Source of the DNA: an uncultured Eubacteriales bacterium
Lineage (GTDB): Bacteria > Bacillota > Clostridia > Peptostreptococcales > Anaerovoracaceae
Length of the DNA stretch: 57,664 nucleotides
Direction of reading: 5' to 3'
NCBI GenBank assembly: GCA_900551415.1
Contig: URWB01000001.1
Location: 1 to 57,664 of the forward strand
A program made the translations under genes and the position numbers. Shown here piece after piece: positions 21,250 to 31,363 of this stretch. Under the pieces are notes generated by a model that was not told the DNA's origin, made no database searches, and was given only the letters and a program-made list of their open reading frames with translations. Within the stretch, counting starts at the first letter, position 1, and every line of letters starts with the position of its first letter.

Positions 21250-21834
21250 TTAAGTGCAGAAGCTTTTAAGAAACAGCGGCAGGACACTCTGCGAATACTG
21301 GCACAGGGAGTAGCTGCCGCCGGAAATGCACCAGTCATACATCAGCCCGCGCTCGAACATTGCATAGGCTTTGGCAATGTCATTAACAGAAAATTCCTCG
21401 CGGAAGGTGCCATTCTGTTTCCCTTCGCTGATGACCTGACGCAGCAGCTTATAATAGGTACGATTCGGGCTCATCATGTGACGCTCACCGTTTGTGATGA
21501 GCTGGGTCGCGAAGAGCTGGCTCAGCAGGTCTACCGATACGGTATTGTCAATCATCAGAAACAGCTCCTGATTCATAAGGTTGAGCTTCTCGATGGAGGA
21601 AAGGTCCGGATTCATGCTTTCGGCCAGCTCATCATATTTTTCGTCAAAGAGATACGAAAGCGAGCTGAGCAGTGCGGCCTTGCCGTCAAAATAGTGGTAG
21701 AAGGAGCCTCGCGAGGTGCCGGAGGCATCGACGATTTCCTCGACGGTGGTGTTGTCATAGCCCTGCTCGTAAAATAGCTGCCAGGCGGCAGAGACGATCT
21801 TGCCCTTGGTGTTTTTGGAATTTTTCTTTTTCAC
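21250..21834 (-). CDS. TetR/AcrR-family regulator
   Basis: AAWQLFYEQGYDNTTVEEIVDASGTSRGSFYHYF HTH. Confidence 0.93.
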   Translation of the reverse strand: MKKKNSKNTKGKIVSAAWQLFYEQGYDNTTVEEIVDASGTSRGSFYHYFDGKAALLSSLSYLFDEKYDELAESMNPDLSSIEKLNLMNQELFLMIDNTVSVDLLSQLFATQLITNGERHMMSPNRTYYKLLRQVISEGKQNGTFREEFSVNDIAKAYAMFERGLMYDWCISGGSYSLCQYSQSVLPLFLKSFCT

Positions 21835-21998
21835 ATGATACTCCTGTTCCGTTACAAAACTGCGATTTACAGCTTAAAAACTAAAAAAAATAAAAATTTA
21901 TTTTTTGTGTATTTTATTATATAGAATACAGTATAGACGATTCTTATTGGGATTTCAATAGAATATATGGAATATGCGAGATAAAATATAGAATTATG

Positions 21999-22016
21999 TA
22001 CAGAATTGATTCTGTA
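21999..22016. promoter_or_regulatory. 18-bp palindrome, candidate TetR operator
   Basis: TACAGAAT-TG-ATTCTGTA in the divergent intergenic region. Confidence 0.5.
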
Positions 22017-22068
22017 TTTCGTTCTGCTTTTTTTTGTGGTATGATAGCACAGTCAGAAGCAAGAAGGA

Positions 22069-23175
22069 GTGATGAAGATGAGTTTTCAATTAGCGAAATA
22101 TATACAACCGGATTTTACAGAAGAGAGATTCGCGAGCGCGCCGAACGCGACACTGGTTAAGGCGCCGCGCGCAAAGGCGGCGCCAAAGGGGTTTCACGCG
22201 ACCTCAATCTTTCCGGAATATTTTAAGATAGACGGCAAGTGGTATCTGGCGGAGGACAGCCGCATGGACGCGGTACCGATCTGGGACGGTGAAAAGATTC
22301 GCGTCGTAGAATTCCGCAATATCAAGGAAGGCGATTCGGTCGTCGTCGGCAGAACAGAGGACGCGAGCGAAGGCATCTATGTGCATGATGACTGCTGGCT
22401 GCGCGAGGGCGAGGAGGACAGCAAGAATACCTTTGCGTTCCGTCAGTCCCGAAGCAGAGAAACCTCGTTCACACAGGACTATAAGGATCTCGTGGAGCTG
22501 CTCCGCTATGAAAAAGAACATAACGGTTATGTTGTCTGGGTGCTGGGACCGGCATGCAGCTTTGACGTAGAAGCGCGGCGCGTGATGGGAGAACTGATTG
22601 CGCAAGGCTATTGTCAGGCGCTGCTCGCGGGCAACGCGCTGGCGACACACGATCTGGAGGGCGGCTATCTGGGAACGGCGCTCGGCTGCGATATCGAGAA
22701 CCAGAAGCTGCATTTTATGGGTCATTACAACCATCTGGATACGATCAACGCGATTAACACCTACGGCTCCATTCCGGCGTTCATCGAGGGCGAGGGCATC
22801 CACAGCGGTATTATTTACAACTGTGTCAAGCACAACGTGCCGTTTGTGCTCAACGGCTCGATTCGTGATGACGGCCCGCTGCCGGAGGTTTACGAGCATA
22901 CCTACGTGGGGCAGGATACGATTCGCTCCCATGTGCGTAAGGCGACGACGGTCATCGGCATGGCGACGGTGCTGCATACGATCGCAACCGGCAATATGAC
23001 GCCGACCTACCGCGTGCTCGCGGACGGCACGATCAGGCCGGTACATTTTTATATGGTGGATACCTCGGAATTCGCGGCGAACAAACTCGGCGACCGCGGC
23101 AGCCTCGCAGCCAAAGGAATTGTGACTAATGTGCAGGATTTCATGCGCAACATCAGTACGGGGCTGGAAATTTAA
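22069..23175 (+). CDS. TIGR00300-family (LOR/SDH conserved-domain) protein, putative ornithine cyclodeaminase
   Basis: PKGFHATS, SRMD, AGNALATHDLE, GHYNHL, GSIRDDGPLP, TIATGNMTP, KLGDRGS motifs. Start may be 22072 or 22078. Confidence 0.75.
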   Translation: MMKMSFQLAKYIQPDFTEERFASAPNATLVKAPRAKAAPKGFHATSIFPEYFKIDGKWYLAEDSRMDAVPIWDGEKIRVVEFRNIKEGDSVVVGRTEDASEGIYVHDDCWLREGEEDSKNTFAFRQSRSRETSFTQDYKDLVELLRYEKEHNGYVVWVLGPACSFDVEARRVMGELIAQGYCQALLAGNALATHDLEGGYLGTALGCDIENQKLHFMGHYNHLDTINAINTYGSIPAFIEGEGIHSGIIYNCVKHNVPFVLNGSIRDDGPLPEVYEHTYVGQDTIRSHVRKATTVIGMATVLHTIATGNMTPTYRVLADGTIRPVHFYMVDTSEFAANKLGDRGSLAAKGIVTNVQDFMRNISTGLEI

Positions 23176-23345
23176 CGCACAAAAAAGTTTCGACGCGGCC
23201 TGCGCCATGACCCTCGGAAAAAGATTTTCCGGGGGCATTTTTGTATTGAAAGATTGCATTTTGGGGGTCAAGGTGCTATACTGTGCCTAGACTGCGCGCG
23301 AAAGCAAGACGCGCGCGAAGAAAGAAGCACATACAGGGGGAAACG

Positions 23346-24518
23346 ATGAATCCAAATCAAAAAAAGAAGTTTACCGACCAGTTCCGCAATCCAAACGGCA
23401 GCTATCACATTCCGACTTGGCTGATTGTGGTGATGTTTATCATCGGAGGCTGGCCGATCGCGATCTGCCTATTGGTCGCGAAAATCTTTGAGGATAAAGA
23501 AGGTTCGGCGGAAGCAGCCTCCGCGGAGGCAAGCGACGGCTTCCCTGCCGAGGGAACACAGAATGGAACCGCGGAGGGCGCGCGGGCAGCGCGGGCTTCC
23601 GCTCCTTTTAGCAAAAAGAAGATCAATACGCGTAAGCTTTGGATGATTTTGGGGATCCTGCTGTGCGTGTTCAGCGTGATTGAACTGCCGGATTCGATTC
23701 AGTATCTGGTCTGGTGCCACAAGGAAGGAACCGGCATCAGCTACGCGCTGCGGGATGTCATCACCGATTCTCTGTGGCTGCTCGGCGGCGTGGTCATGCT
23801 GATGGTATCGGCAGGCATGCGCGCGGCGGAGAGAAAGCGCAAGCGGGTGCGCGCCATTGTCGGCGACGCGGACTACATCTTGATCGATGAGGTCGCGGAG
23901 GCGCTTCCGGCGTCCCGCGGCAAGACGGAACGGATTTTACAGCGCTGCGTTGATTTTGGCCTGTTTGGCGAAAAGGCATATCTGGACATGCGTTCGGATT
24001 GTCTGGTTATACGAGGCGAGGCGCCGATCTCCAAGAAGGCGCGAGCCGAGGCGGAGGCTGAGGCGCGCGCGGCAAAGGCCAAGGCCGATAACATGGACGA
24101 ATATGAACGGACCCTTAAGGAACTGCGGGAGCTTAACGACCGCATTCCGGGCGAGCAAATGTCAGCGAAGATCAGCCGCTTGGAGGACTTGACCGCTAAG
24201 ATCTTTAAGCTCGCCAAGGAACAGCCGCAAAAGCTCAGCGGTATGCGTAAATTCATGGATTATTATCTGCCGACGAGCTTAAAACTGCTCACCCGCTACG
24301 AAAAGCTGGATGCGCAGGGCGTGGAAGGCACAAACATCAGCGATGCCAAGCGGCAGATCGAGGATACGATGGATACGATGATCACGGCCTTCGAGAAGCA
24401 GCTCGACAAGCTGTTCCTCTCCGAGAGCATCGACATCTCCGCAGACATCGCGACGATGCAGAACCTGATGCGCGCGGACGGGCTGATGGAAAACGAAATC
24501 TTTGGGAAATTGCAGTAA
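23346..24518 (+). CDS. Membrane protein with C-terminal XpaC-like (BCIP-hydrolysis family) domain
   Basis: N-terminal transmembrane segments; FMDYYLPTSLKLL.RY...AFEKQLDKLF...DISADI motif. Confidence 0.75.
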   Translation: MNPNQKKKFTDQFRNPNGSYHIPTWLIVVMFIIGGWPIAICLLVAKIFEDKEGSAEAASAEASDGFPAEGTQNGTAEGARAARASAPFSKKKINTRKLWMILGILLCVFSVIELPDSIQYLVWCHKEGTGISYALRDVITDSLWLLGGVVMLMVSAGMRAAERKRKRVRAIVGDADYILIDEVAEALPASRGKTERILQRCVDFGLFGEKAYLDMRSDCLVIRGEAPISKKARAEAEAEARAAKAKADNMDEYERTLKELRELNDRIPGEQMSAKISRLEDLTAKIFKLAKEQPQKLSGMRKFMDYYLPTSLKLLTRYEKLDAQGVEGTNISDAKRQIEDTMDTMITAFEKQLDKLFLSESIDISADIATMQNLMRADGLMENEIFGKLQ

Positions 24519-24647
24519 GCATAACGCTGCCGCAGGCAAAAAGACAAACGCGCGGCGCGCGCGAGCAGTCTCGCGGACGGCGAGACTCTGAGGCTGCTTA
24601 AGATGTGAGCCTGCAAGATTGTGATAGAAAGACAGAAAGGCAAGATA

Positions 24648-26060
24648 TTGAACAAGGCAATCAGAGACTTCTTACAGCTGCACGCGCAGCAGGAGCCGGT
24701 ATCGTTTCATATGCCGGGACATAAGGGGGCGCGTATCTATCGTGAAAACGGATACGGCGCGTTTTTGGAGCAGATCATGGACTGCGACATTACAGAAATC
24801 CCCGGCGCGGACAATTTATTTCAGACAGAAGGCATTATCGCCGAAACGATGGCGAAGTATCGCGCCTTATATGAGGTCGAGCAGTCGTATCTTTTGATCA
24901 ACGGCAGCTCCGGCGGTCTGATTGCGGCGATCCTCACCGCGGTCGGCAAAGGCGGCAAGCTGGTCATGGCGCGAAACTGCCATAAGTCTGTCTTTAACGC
25001 ATTGCAATTAGGCGATATTATGCCGATCTACGCCTATCCGGAGACTTTAGAGGCTTACGGCGTGCTGGGCGGCATCTCCGCGGACGAGATCGCGCGCTGT
25101 CTGGATGAAAATCCGGAGGCAGAGGCAGTGATCCTGCCATCGCCGAATTATTACGGCATCTGCAGCGACATTCAGGCGATTGCAAAGGTCACGCACGACC
25201 GAGGCAAGGTCTTGATTGTCGATCAGGCGCACGGTGCGCATCTGAAATTTTTTGATAAATACGGCATCGACGGCTTCCCACGGGCGGCGGAAGATTTGGG
25301 TGCGGATCTGGTCATCAACAGCATCCACAAGACACTGGCGTCGTGGACGCAGAGCGCGCTGCTCAATGTCTGCACGGACCGTGTGAACTGTCATGTACTG
25401 GAGGACAAGCTCCAGATGATCGAAAGCTCCAGCCCGTCCTACCCGCTGATGGCGACGCTGGACATCAACGCGGACCTTCTGCTGGAAAAGGGCGAGGCTT
25501 TGACGCGCGCGTGGGCGGAGAGTCTGACCTGGTTCTATGAAGAAGTCAAGAAGATCCCCGGACTTGTCATCATGGAAACGCCGACGCTGGATCATACCAA
25601 GCTGAATATCGATCTGTCGGCCTACGGTGTGAACGGCAATGAACTGGAGAATCTGCTGATGGAACAGGGGATTTTTTTGGAGCTGGTGACGGGCAATATC
25701 ATCATGTGCATGAGCGGCATCGGCAATACACGATCTGACTTTGAACGGCTGCTTGCGGCGCTGCGGGAGATTACCGCGGCGCGAAAGCCGGTGACCGCGG
25801 CGAAGATGGCGCAGCCGCCGGCGCTCACGACCAGACTGGAGCGGCGTGCGCTCCCGCGCGAAAAGGTCCTCGTGCCGCTTGCGGAAGCGGCAGGCAAAGT
25901 CTGCGCGTCGTCCCTCATCCCTTATCCGCCGGGCGTACCGATCGCCTGCCCGGGCGAGGTGCTGACCGAAGAAGTGCTTGCCTATGTCAAGGCGCGGCGC
26001 GACGCGGACGAAAAGGTCATCGGCATTACCGCGGAGGGGGATGTTTTCGTCGGGAAATAA
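24648..26060 (+). CDS. Orn/Lys/Arg decarboxylase-family PLP enzyme
   Basis: SFHMPGHKG, LINGSSGG, RNCHKS, DQAHGAH, SIHKTL (PLP Lys), PYPPGVP; probable TTG start at 24648. Confidence 0.88.
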   Translation: MNKAIRDFLQLHAQQEPVSFHMPGHKGARIYRENGYGAFLEQIMDCDITEIPGADNLFQTEGIIAETMAKYRALYEVEQSYLLINGSSGGLIAAILTAVGKGGKLVMARNCHKSVFNALQLGDIMPIYAYPETLEAYGVLGGISADEIARCLDENPEAEAVILPSPNYYGICSDIQAIAKVTHDRGKVLIVDQAHGAHLKFFDKYGIDGFPRAAEDLGADLVINSIHKTLASWTQSALLNVCTDRVNCHVLEDKLQMIESSSPSYPLMATLDINADLLLEKGEALTRAWAESLTWFYEEVKKIPGLVIMETPTLDHTKLNIDLSAYGVNGNELENLLMEQGIFLELVTGNIIMCMSGIGNTRSDFERLLAALREITAARKPVTAAKMAQPPALTTRLERRALPREKVLVPLAEAAGKVCASSLIPYPPGVPIACPGEVLTEEVLAYVKARRDADEKVIGITAEGDVFVGK

Positions 26061-26210
26061 CTGTTTTTTTGCGGTTTTCGGCGAAAATATGGCGAAAATA
26101 CAAGAAGAAGCGCTAAGAATCAAAAGTTTTTAGTGCTTTTTGATTTTTATTGTAGTATAATATATGGCGTATGATTTTGTATATTTTTTAGAAAGGAAGG
26201 TCTCACAGAC

Positions 26211-27521
26211 ATGAGTCAAAAACATTTACACAGCATTCATGTGAGCCATTACAAGCACACTGCCGGTTGTGCGACGGAAGTAATGCCAATCCCTGATGTT
26301 GTAAAAATTTCGATGTCTCAGCATATAGGAGCACCTTGCAAGCCATTAGTACAAAAAGGCGACTATGTAAAAGTAGGACAGCTTATTGGCGATACCGATG
26401 CTTTTGTCAGCGCACCTATCCACTCAAGTGTTTCCGGTACCGTAAAGGGTCTGGAGGAACAGCGCTCCGCTATGGGCGGCACAGACACACTTGTAGTCAT
26501 CGAAACAGACAAGAAACAAGAAGTTTACGAGGGAATCACGATTCCTGAAGCGAACGACCTGCCGGAATTCATCAAGGCGATCAGAGCCAGCGGTTTGGTA
26601 GGTTTGGGCGGCGCGTCCTTCCCGACGCACATCAAATTCAACCCGAAGAATATCGACGAGGTACATACCTTAATCGTCAACGCGGCTGAATGTGAACCGT
26701 TCATCACTTCTGACCACAGACTGATGCTTGAAGACGCGGAAGATCTGATCGCGGGCTGCCAGCTTCTGATGAAGTTCATCGGACTGGACGAGGGCTATAT
26801 CGGCATCGAAGAAAACAAGCCGGATGCCATCGAGCACCTCGACAAGCTGATTGCCGCAAAGGGCATCACCAATCTCAAGACATTCAAGCTGCAGGCAAGA
26901 TACCCGAAGGGCGCAGAGAGAGTCCTGCTTTATGAAATCACAGGCAAGACCATGAACGCCGGCGAAATTCCGGCCCAGCATGGCGTCATCCTTTCCAACG
27001 TAACGACCATCGCGTTTGTCGGTCAGTATTTCAGAACCGGCATGCCGCTGATCCAAAAGAGAATGACGGTAGACGGCGACGCGGTTGCGACTCCGAAGAA
27101 CGTCATGGCGCCGATCGGCACACAGATCTGCGACGTGATCGAATTCTGCGGCGGCTATAAAGAAGAACCGAAAAAGATCTTAATGGGCGGCCCGATGATG
27201 GGCAGAGCGATTTTCTCGGACGAGATGCCGATCGTTAAGAACAATAACGCGATTCTGGCTTTCTCCAAGGCACAGTCCATGGTGAAGGAAGAAACAGGCT
27301 GCATCAACTGCGGCAGATGTCACCAGGCATGTCCATTCGGTCTGATTCCGACCGCGCTTGCAAAGGCGTATGAAGCAAGAGACGCGCAGGCACTCTCCGA
27401 CCTCAAGGTCATGCAGTGCATGGAATGCGGCAGCTGCTCCTACATCTGTCCGGCGAGAAGACCGCTCGGCTTCATGAACAAGCTTGGAAAAGCAGTAGTA
27501 AAGGAGGCTGGAATTAAATAA
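26211..27521 (+). CDS. rnfC: Rnf complex subunit C
   Basis: QHIGAP, GLVGLGGASFPTH, NAAECEP, YPKGAE, GGPMMG, two 4Fe-4S motifs. Confidence 0.95.
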   Translation: MSQKHLHSIHVSHYKHTAGCATEVMPIPDVVKISMSQHIGAPCKPLVQKGDYVKVGQLIGDTDAFVSAPIHSSVSGTVKGLEEQRSAMGGTDTLVVIETDKKQEVYEGITIPEANDLPEFIKAIRASGLVGLGGASFPTHIKFNPKNIDEVHTLIVNAAECEPFITSDHRLMLEDAEDLIAGCQLLMKFIGLDEGYIGIEENKPDAIEHLDKLIAAKGITNLKTFKLQARYPKGAERVLLYEITGKTMNAGEIPAQHGVILSNVTTIAFVGQYFRTGMPLIQKRMTVDGDAVATPKNVMAPIGTQICDVIEFCGGYKEEPKKILMGGPMMGRAIFSDEMPIVKNNNAILAFSKAQSMVKEETGCINCGRCHQACPFGLIPTALAKAYEARDAQALSDLKVMQCMECGSCSYICPARRPLGFMNKLGKAVVKEAGIK

Positions 27522-28498
27522 TGGATAAGAAAACTTACAATAATTTATTAGTATCCTCCGCTCCGCATATCGTGACCAATATGGACACCACCAGAATCAT
27601 GATGATGGTGCTCATCGGACTGGCACCGTCTTTTTTGGTAAGTATCTACGTTTTTGGAGCGAGAGTCATTTCCCTGACCCTGGTCTGCGCTGTTGCCAGC
27701 GTATTCTTCGAATGGGCATGGAATAAACTGATGCACAAAAAACAGACCATCGGCGACCTGAGCGCGGTTCTGACAGGTGTACTGATCGCGTTCAACGTAC
27801 CTTCCGGTCTTCCTTACTGGATTGCCATCGTCGGCTGCTTCGTCGCGGTTATCGTCATCAAGCAGTTATTCGGCGGCATTGGCAAGAACGTCGCGAATCC
27901 GGCGATCACAGCCAGAATCGTGCTGTTCATCTCCTTCGCGACCGAAATGACCACATGGCCGGCTCCGAGAATGGCGGCAGACGCGACCTCTACAGCGACA
28001 CCGCTCGGCGTACTGGCTGAGGGTAATGCGGCTGAACTGCCGACCAACATGGAAATGTTCCTCGGCTATATCGGCGGTTCCATGGGCGAAGTCAGCGCGA
28101 TCGCGCTTCTGATCGGCGGTCTGTTCCTGATCTGGAAGAAGATCATCAGCCCGATCATTCCGGCCTGCTTCATCGGTACGGTATTCGTATTCGCAGCGAT
28201 TTACTACGGCGCAACAGGCGGAGACGCGCTCCACATGGCGATCTTCCACGTGCTGGCAGGCGGCGTGATGCTCGGCGCGTTCTTCATGGCGACCGACTAT
28301 GTCACGACTCCGTTATTACCGGGCGGAAAAGTTGTCTTTGGTATCGGCTGCGGTCTGATTACGATGATGATCAGACTGTGGGGTCAGTATCCGGAAGGTG
28401 TTTCCTTCTCCATCCTGATCATGAACTGCCTGACACCGCTCATCGACAGCTTCTTCCAGAAGAGAATGTATGGAGGTGCGAAAAAAAATGAAAAGTAA
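27521..28498 (+). CDS. rnfD: Rnf complex subunit D
   Basis: SSAPHI, KQLFGGIGKN.ANPA, STATPL (FMN-Thr), FMATDYVT. Confidence 0.95.
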   Translation: MDKKTYNNLLVSSAPHIVTNMDTTRIMMMVLIGLAPSFLVSIYVFGARVISLTLVCAVASVFFEWAWNKLMHKKQTIGDLSAVLTGVLIAFNVPSGLPYWIAIVGCFVAVIVIKQLFGGIGKNVANPAITARIVLFISFATEMTTWPAPRMAADATSTATPLGVLAEGNAAELPTNMEMFLGYIGGSMGEVSAIALLIGGLFLIWKKIISPIIPACFIGTVFVFAAIYYGATGGDALHMAIFHVLAGGVMLGAFFMATDYVTTPLLPGGKVVFGIGCGLITMMIRLWGQYPEGVSFSILIMNCLTPLIDSFFQKRMYGGAKKNEK

Positions 28499-29057
28499 TA
28501 GCTTTAAAGAATACATACAGCCAACCGTGGTACTGGTAGCGATTTGTCTGGTCATTACCTTCGCGCTGGCTTACGTAAACTCCATCACTGCACCGATCAT
28601 CGCAGACAACACTGCAAAAGCAGCTGACGCGGCGAGAGCGGAGCTGCTTCCGGCAGCGACCTCTTTCACCAAGTATGAGGGAGATTTGGTCGTTGCAGTA
28701 CCTGACAAGGTATTTGTCGAGGACTGCTACGTTGCGGACGGCGTCGGCATGGTCGTCACCGTTAAGACAGCTTCCTTCGGCGGTCTTTTGACCGAAATGG
28801 TCGGTATCGACAGCGAAGGCGCGATCACAGGCGTGAAGGTTACGGCACATGCGGATACCAAGGGTCTTGGCACCAAGGCGCATGACTCCGGTTATCTGGA
28901 GCAGTACAAGGGTCTGACAGAACTCGCGAACGCTGACAACATCAAGGGTGATTCCGCGGTGACTTTCATCAGCGGCGCGACGATTTCCTCCAACGGTGTT
29001 TACCAGGGAGTCTGCGCGGCACTTGCGCAATTTGAAGCAATAGGAGGTGCTAACTAA
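28488..29057 (+). CDS. rnfG: Rnf complex subunit G
   Basis: Single TM anchor, DTKGLGT, ISGATISS flavinylation motif. Confidence 0.92.
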   Translation: MKSNSFKEYIQPTVVLVAICLVITFALAYVNSITAPIIADNTAKAADAARAELLPAATSFTKYEGDLVVAVPDKVFVEDCYVADGVGMVVTVKTASFGGLLTEMVGIDSEGAITGVKVTAHADTKGLGTKAHDSGYLEQYKGLTELANADNIKGDSAVTFISGATISSNGVYQGVCAALAQFEAIGGAN

Positions 29058-29818
29058 TGAAAGAAAAAGTAAATAGATTAGCAGTCCTCACAAAGGGCAT
29101 CATCAAAGAAAACCCGAACCTCGTATTATTGCTGGGTACTTGTCCGACACTCGCGACGACATCCTCCGCGTTTAATGGTATGGGTATGGGTATCGCGGCG
29201 ACAGCGGTACTGATTTGTTCCAACATCGTAATCTCGCTGCTCGCGAAGATCATTCCGGATAAAGTCAGAATCCCATGCTATATCGTCGTTATCGCAGGAT
29301 TCGTAACGTTGGTACAGTTCATCGTACAGGCATTTGCTGAACCGCTGTACAATTCCCTCGGCGTATTCCTGCCGCTGATCGTAGTAAACTGTATCATTCT
29401 GGGCAGAGCCGAAATGTTCGCAAACAAGAACGGCGTGCTGGATTCCGCATTAGACGGCGTCGGCATGGGTCTTGGTTTCACCCTTTCCCTGACCTGCATC
29501 GGTGCAGTCAGAGAGATCATCGGCAACGGCACGATCTTCTCCGGATTCTTCCTGGGAAGCGAAGAGCTGGTACAGAAGCTGACCGTTTCCATTCCGTTCA
29601 TTTCCGAACACCCGATGCTGATCATCGCACTGGCTCCGGGCGGCTTCTTCGTCTATGCCTGCGCGATTGCAGTTGTGAATAAGATTCTTGCCTCCAAGGG
29701 CAAAAAGCCGAGAGACTTCGGATGCCAGGGCTGTGCGCTTGCTAGCATGTGCCAGCAGGAAAAGTGCATTTCCGAGCTCGACGGCGTGACAATCGAAAAG
29801 AAAGGAGTTGAAGCATAA
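29057..29818 (+). CDS. rnfE: Rnf complex subunit E
   Basis: ENP.LVLLLGTCPTLA, PLIVVNCIILGRAE. Confidence 0.95.
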   Translation: MKEKVNRLAVLTKGIIKENPNLVLLLGTCPTLATTSSAFNGMGMGIAATAVLICSNIVISLLAKIIPDKVRIPCYIVVIAGFVTLVQFIVQAFAEPLYNSLGVFLPLIVVNCIILGRAEMFANKNGVLDSALDGVGMGLGFTLSLTCIGAVREIIGNGTIFSGFFLGSEELVQKLTVSIPFISEHPMLIIALAPGGFFVYACAIAVVNKILASKGKKPRDFGCQGCALASMCQQEKCISELDGVTIEKKGVEA

Positions 29819-30393
29819 TGGCACAGTGGCTGAGTATTTTAATCGGTATGATTTTAGTAAACAACTATGTTCTTGCTCAATTCCTCGGAATTTGTCCGTT
29901 CCTCGGCGTATCTAAAAAATTAGATTCCGCTGTCGGCATGGGCGTCGCGGTTACCTTCGTTATGGTGCTCGCGACAGCAGCAACATGGCCAATCATGCTT
30001 GTTCTGAACAAGTTTGAAATCGCTTATTTACAGACCATCGTATTCATTCTCGTTATCGCTGCACTGGTACAGTTCGTGGAAATGGTACTCAAAAAATTCA
30101 TTCCGGCACTGCATAAGTCCCTGGGTGTATACCTTCCGCTGATCACGACCAACTGCGCGGTACTCGGTGTATGTATCAACAACATCGACGCGGGCTATGG
30201 CTACGGTCTGGCTCTGATCAACTCTCTCGGCGCCGGCGTAGGCTTCCTGCTCGCGATGGTCATCTTCTCCGGAATGAGACAGAAGCTGGAAGGCAATACC
30301 GCTGTTCCCGCGCCGTTCCAGGGAGTTCCTATCACAATGACAACTGCGGCTATCCTGTCCCTTGCGTTCATGGGATTCGGCGGCTTAGTATAA
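29818..30393 (+). CDS. rnfA: Rnf complex subunit A
   Basis: NNYVLAQFLGICPFLG, LPLITTNCAVLG. Confidence 0.95.
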   Translation: MAQWLSILIGMILVNNYVLAQFLGICPFLGVSKKLDSAVGMGVAVTFVMVLATAATWPIMLVLNKFEIAYLQTIVFILVIAALVQFVEMVLKKFIPALHKSLGVYLPLITTNCAVLGVCINNIDAGYGYGLALINSLGAGVGFLLAMVIFSGMRQKLEGNTAVPAPFQGVPITMTTAAILSLAFMGFGGLV

Positions 30394-30409
30394 GAAGGAG
30401 GCGAAAAGA

Positions 30410-31264
30410 ATGAATCCAATTTTAACACCGGTATTATTGGTTGTAGCGCTTGGTTTCGTCTTTGCTGTCATCCTGACGATCGCGGCGAAGGTATTCTTCG
30501 TACCGGTAGACGAAACAGTTGTAAAATTAAGAGAAGCGCTTCCGGGCGCGAACTGCGGCGGCTGCGGATTCGCGGGCTGCGATGATTACGCGGCAGCTTT
30601 GGCGGCAGATCCGGAAGGCGTTGGCCCGAACAAATGTCCGGTCGGCGGCGCGGATTGCGCGGCGGCTTTGGCAGCGATTTTGGGCATTGAAGCAGGTTCC
30701 GCGGAACCGCAGGTAGCGACTGTGATGTGCAATGGCAACAAACAGGCCGCAAAATCCCTGTTGGAGTATGAAGGCATTCAGACCTGCAGCGCGGCATCAA
30801 ATCTGTTTGGCGGCATGAACCAGTGTAAGTACGGATGTCTGGGTCTGGGCGATTGTACCAGAGCCTGCAACTTCGACGCAATCAAGATCTGCGACGGTGT
30901 CGCGGTGGTTGCCAGAGAGCTTTGCACCGGCTGCGGCGCCTGCGCGGCAGCATGCCCGAAGCATGTCATCCGCATCGCTCCGGCGAAGAATAAGATTGTG
31001 GTGCAGTGTCACTCCGAGGACAAGGGCGCGGTTACCCGCAAGGCTTGCAGCAACGGCTGTATCGCTTGCGGCAAGTGCGCGAAGGTGTGTAAATTCGAAG
31101 CGATTACCATCGAGAACAACCATGCGTACATCGATCCGGAAAAGTGTAAGAACTGCGGCATGTGCGCAAAGGAATGTCCGACCAATGCGATCAACAACAT
31201 GAGAGCAAAAAGAAAACCGGCAGTAAAGGAAGAAGCTCCGGCCCCGGCACAGGCTGAGGCATAA
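30410..31264 (+). CDS. rnfB: Rnf complex subunit B
   Basis: LPGANCGGCGFAGC plus multiple ferredoxin motifs. Confidence 0.95.
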   Translation: MNPILTPVLLVVALGFVFAVILTIAAKVFFVPVDETVVKLREALPGANCGGCGFAGCDDYAAALAADPEGVGPNKCPVGGADCAAALAAILGIEAGSAEPQVATVMCNGNKQAAKSLLEYEGIQTCSAASNLFGGMNQCKYGCLGLGDCTRACNFDAIKICDGVAVVARELCTGCGACAAACPKHVIRIAPAKNKIVVQCHSEDKGAVTRKACSNGCIACGKCAKVCKFEAITIENNHAYIDPEKCKNCGMCAKECPTNAINNMRAKRKPAVKEEAPAPAQAEA

Positions 31265-31290
31265 GGCTGAACCTTTCTAAAAACAAAATA

Positions 31291-31359
31291 GAGCCCCGAC
31301 GGGACGTGCCAGGAGCCTCAGAAAATGAGCCTCCTGGGAAGAGTCCGTCGGGGCATTTT
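31291..31359. terminator. Bidirectional hairpin between convergent rnfB and the ferredoxin gene
   Basis: GCCCCGACGGGAC...GTCCGTCGGGGC inverted repeat. Confidence 0.55.
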
Positions 31360-31363
31360 GTTA

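Noticed and set aside
26164..26182. sigma-54 promoter upstream of rnfC (TGGCGT...)
   Set aside because: No TTGC at the required -12 spacing; a TATAAT box is present instead.
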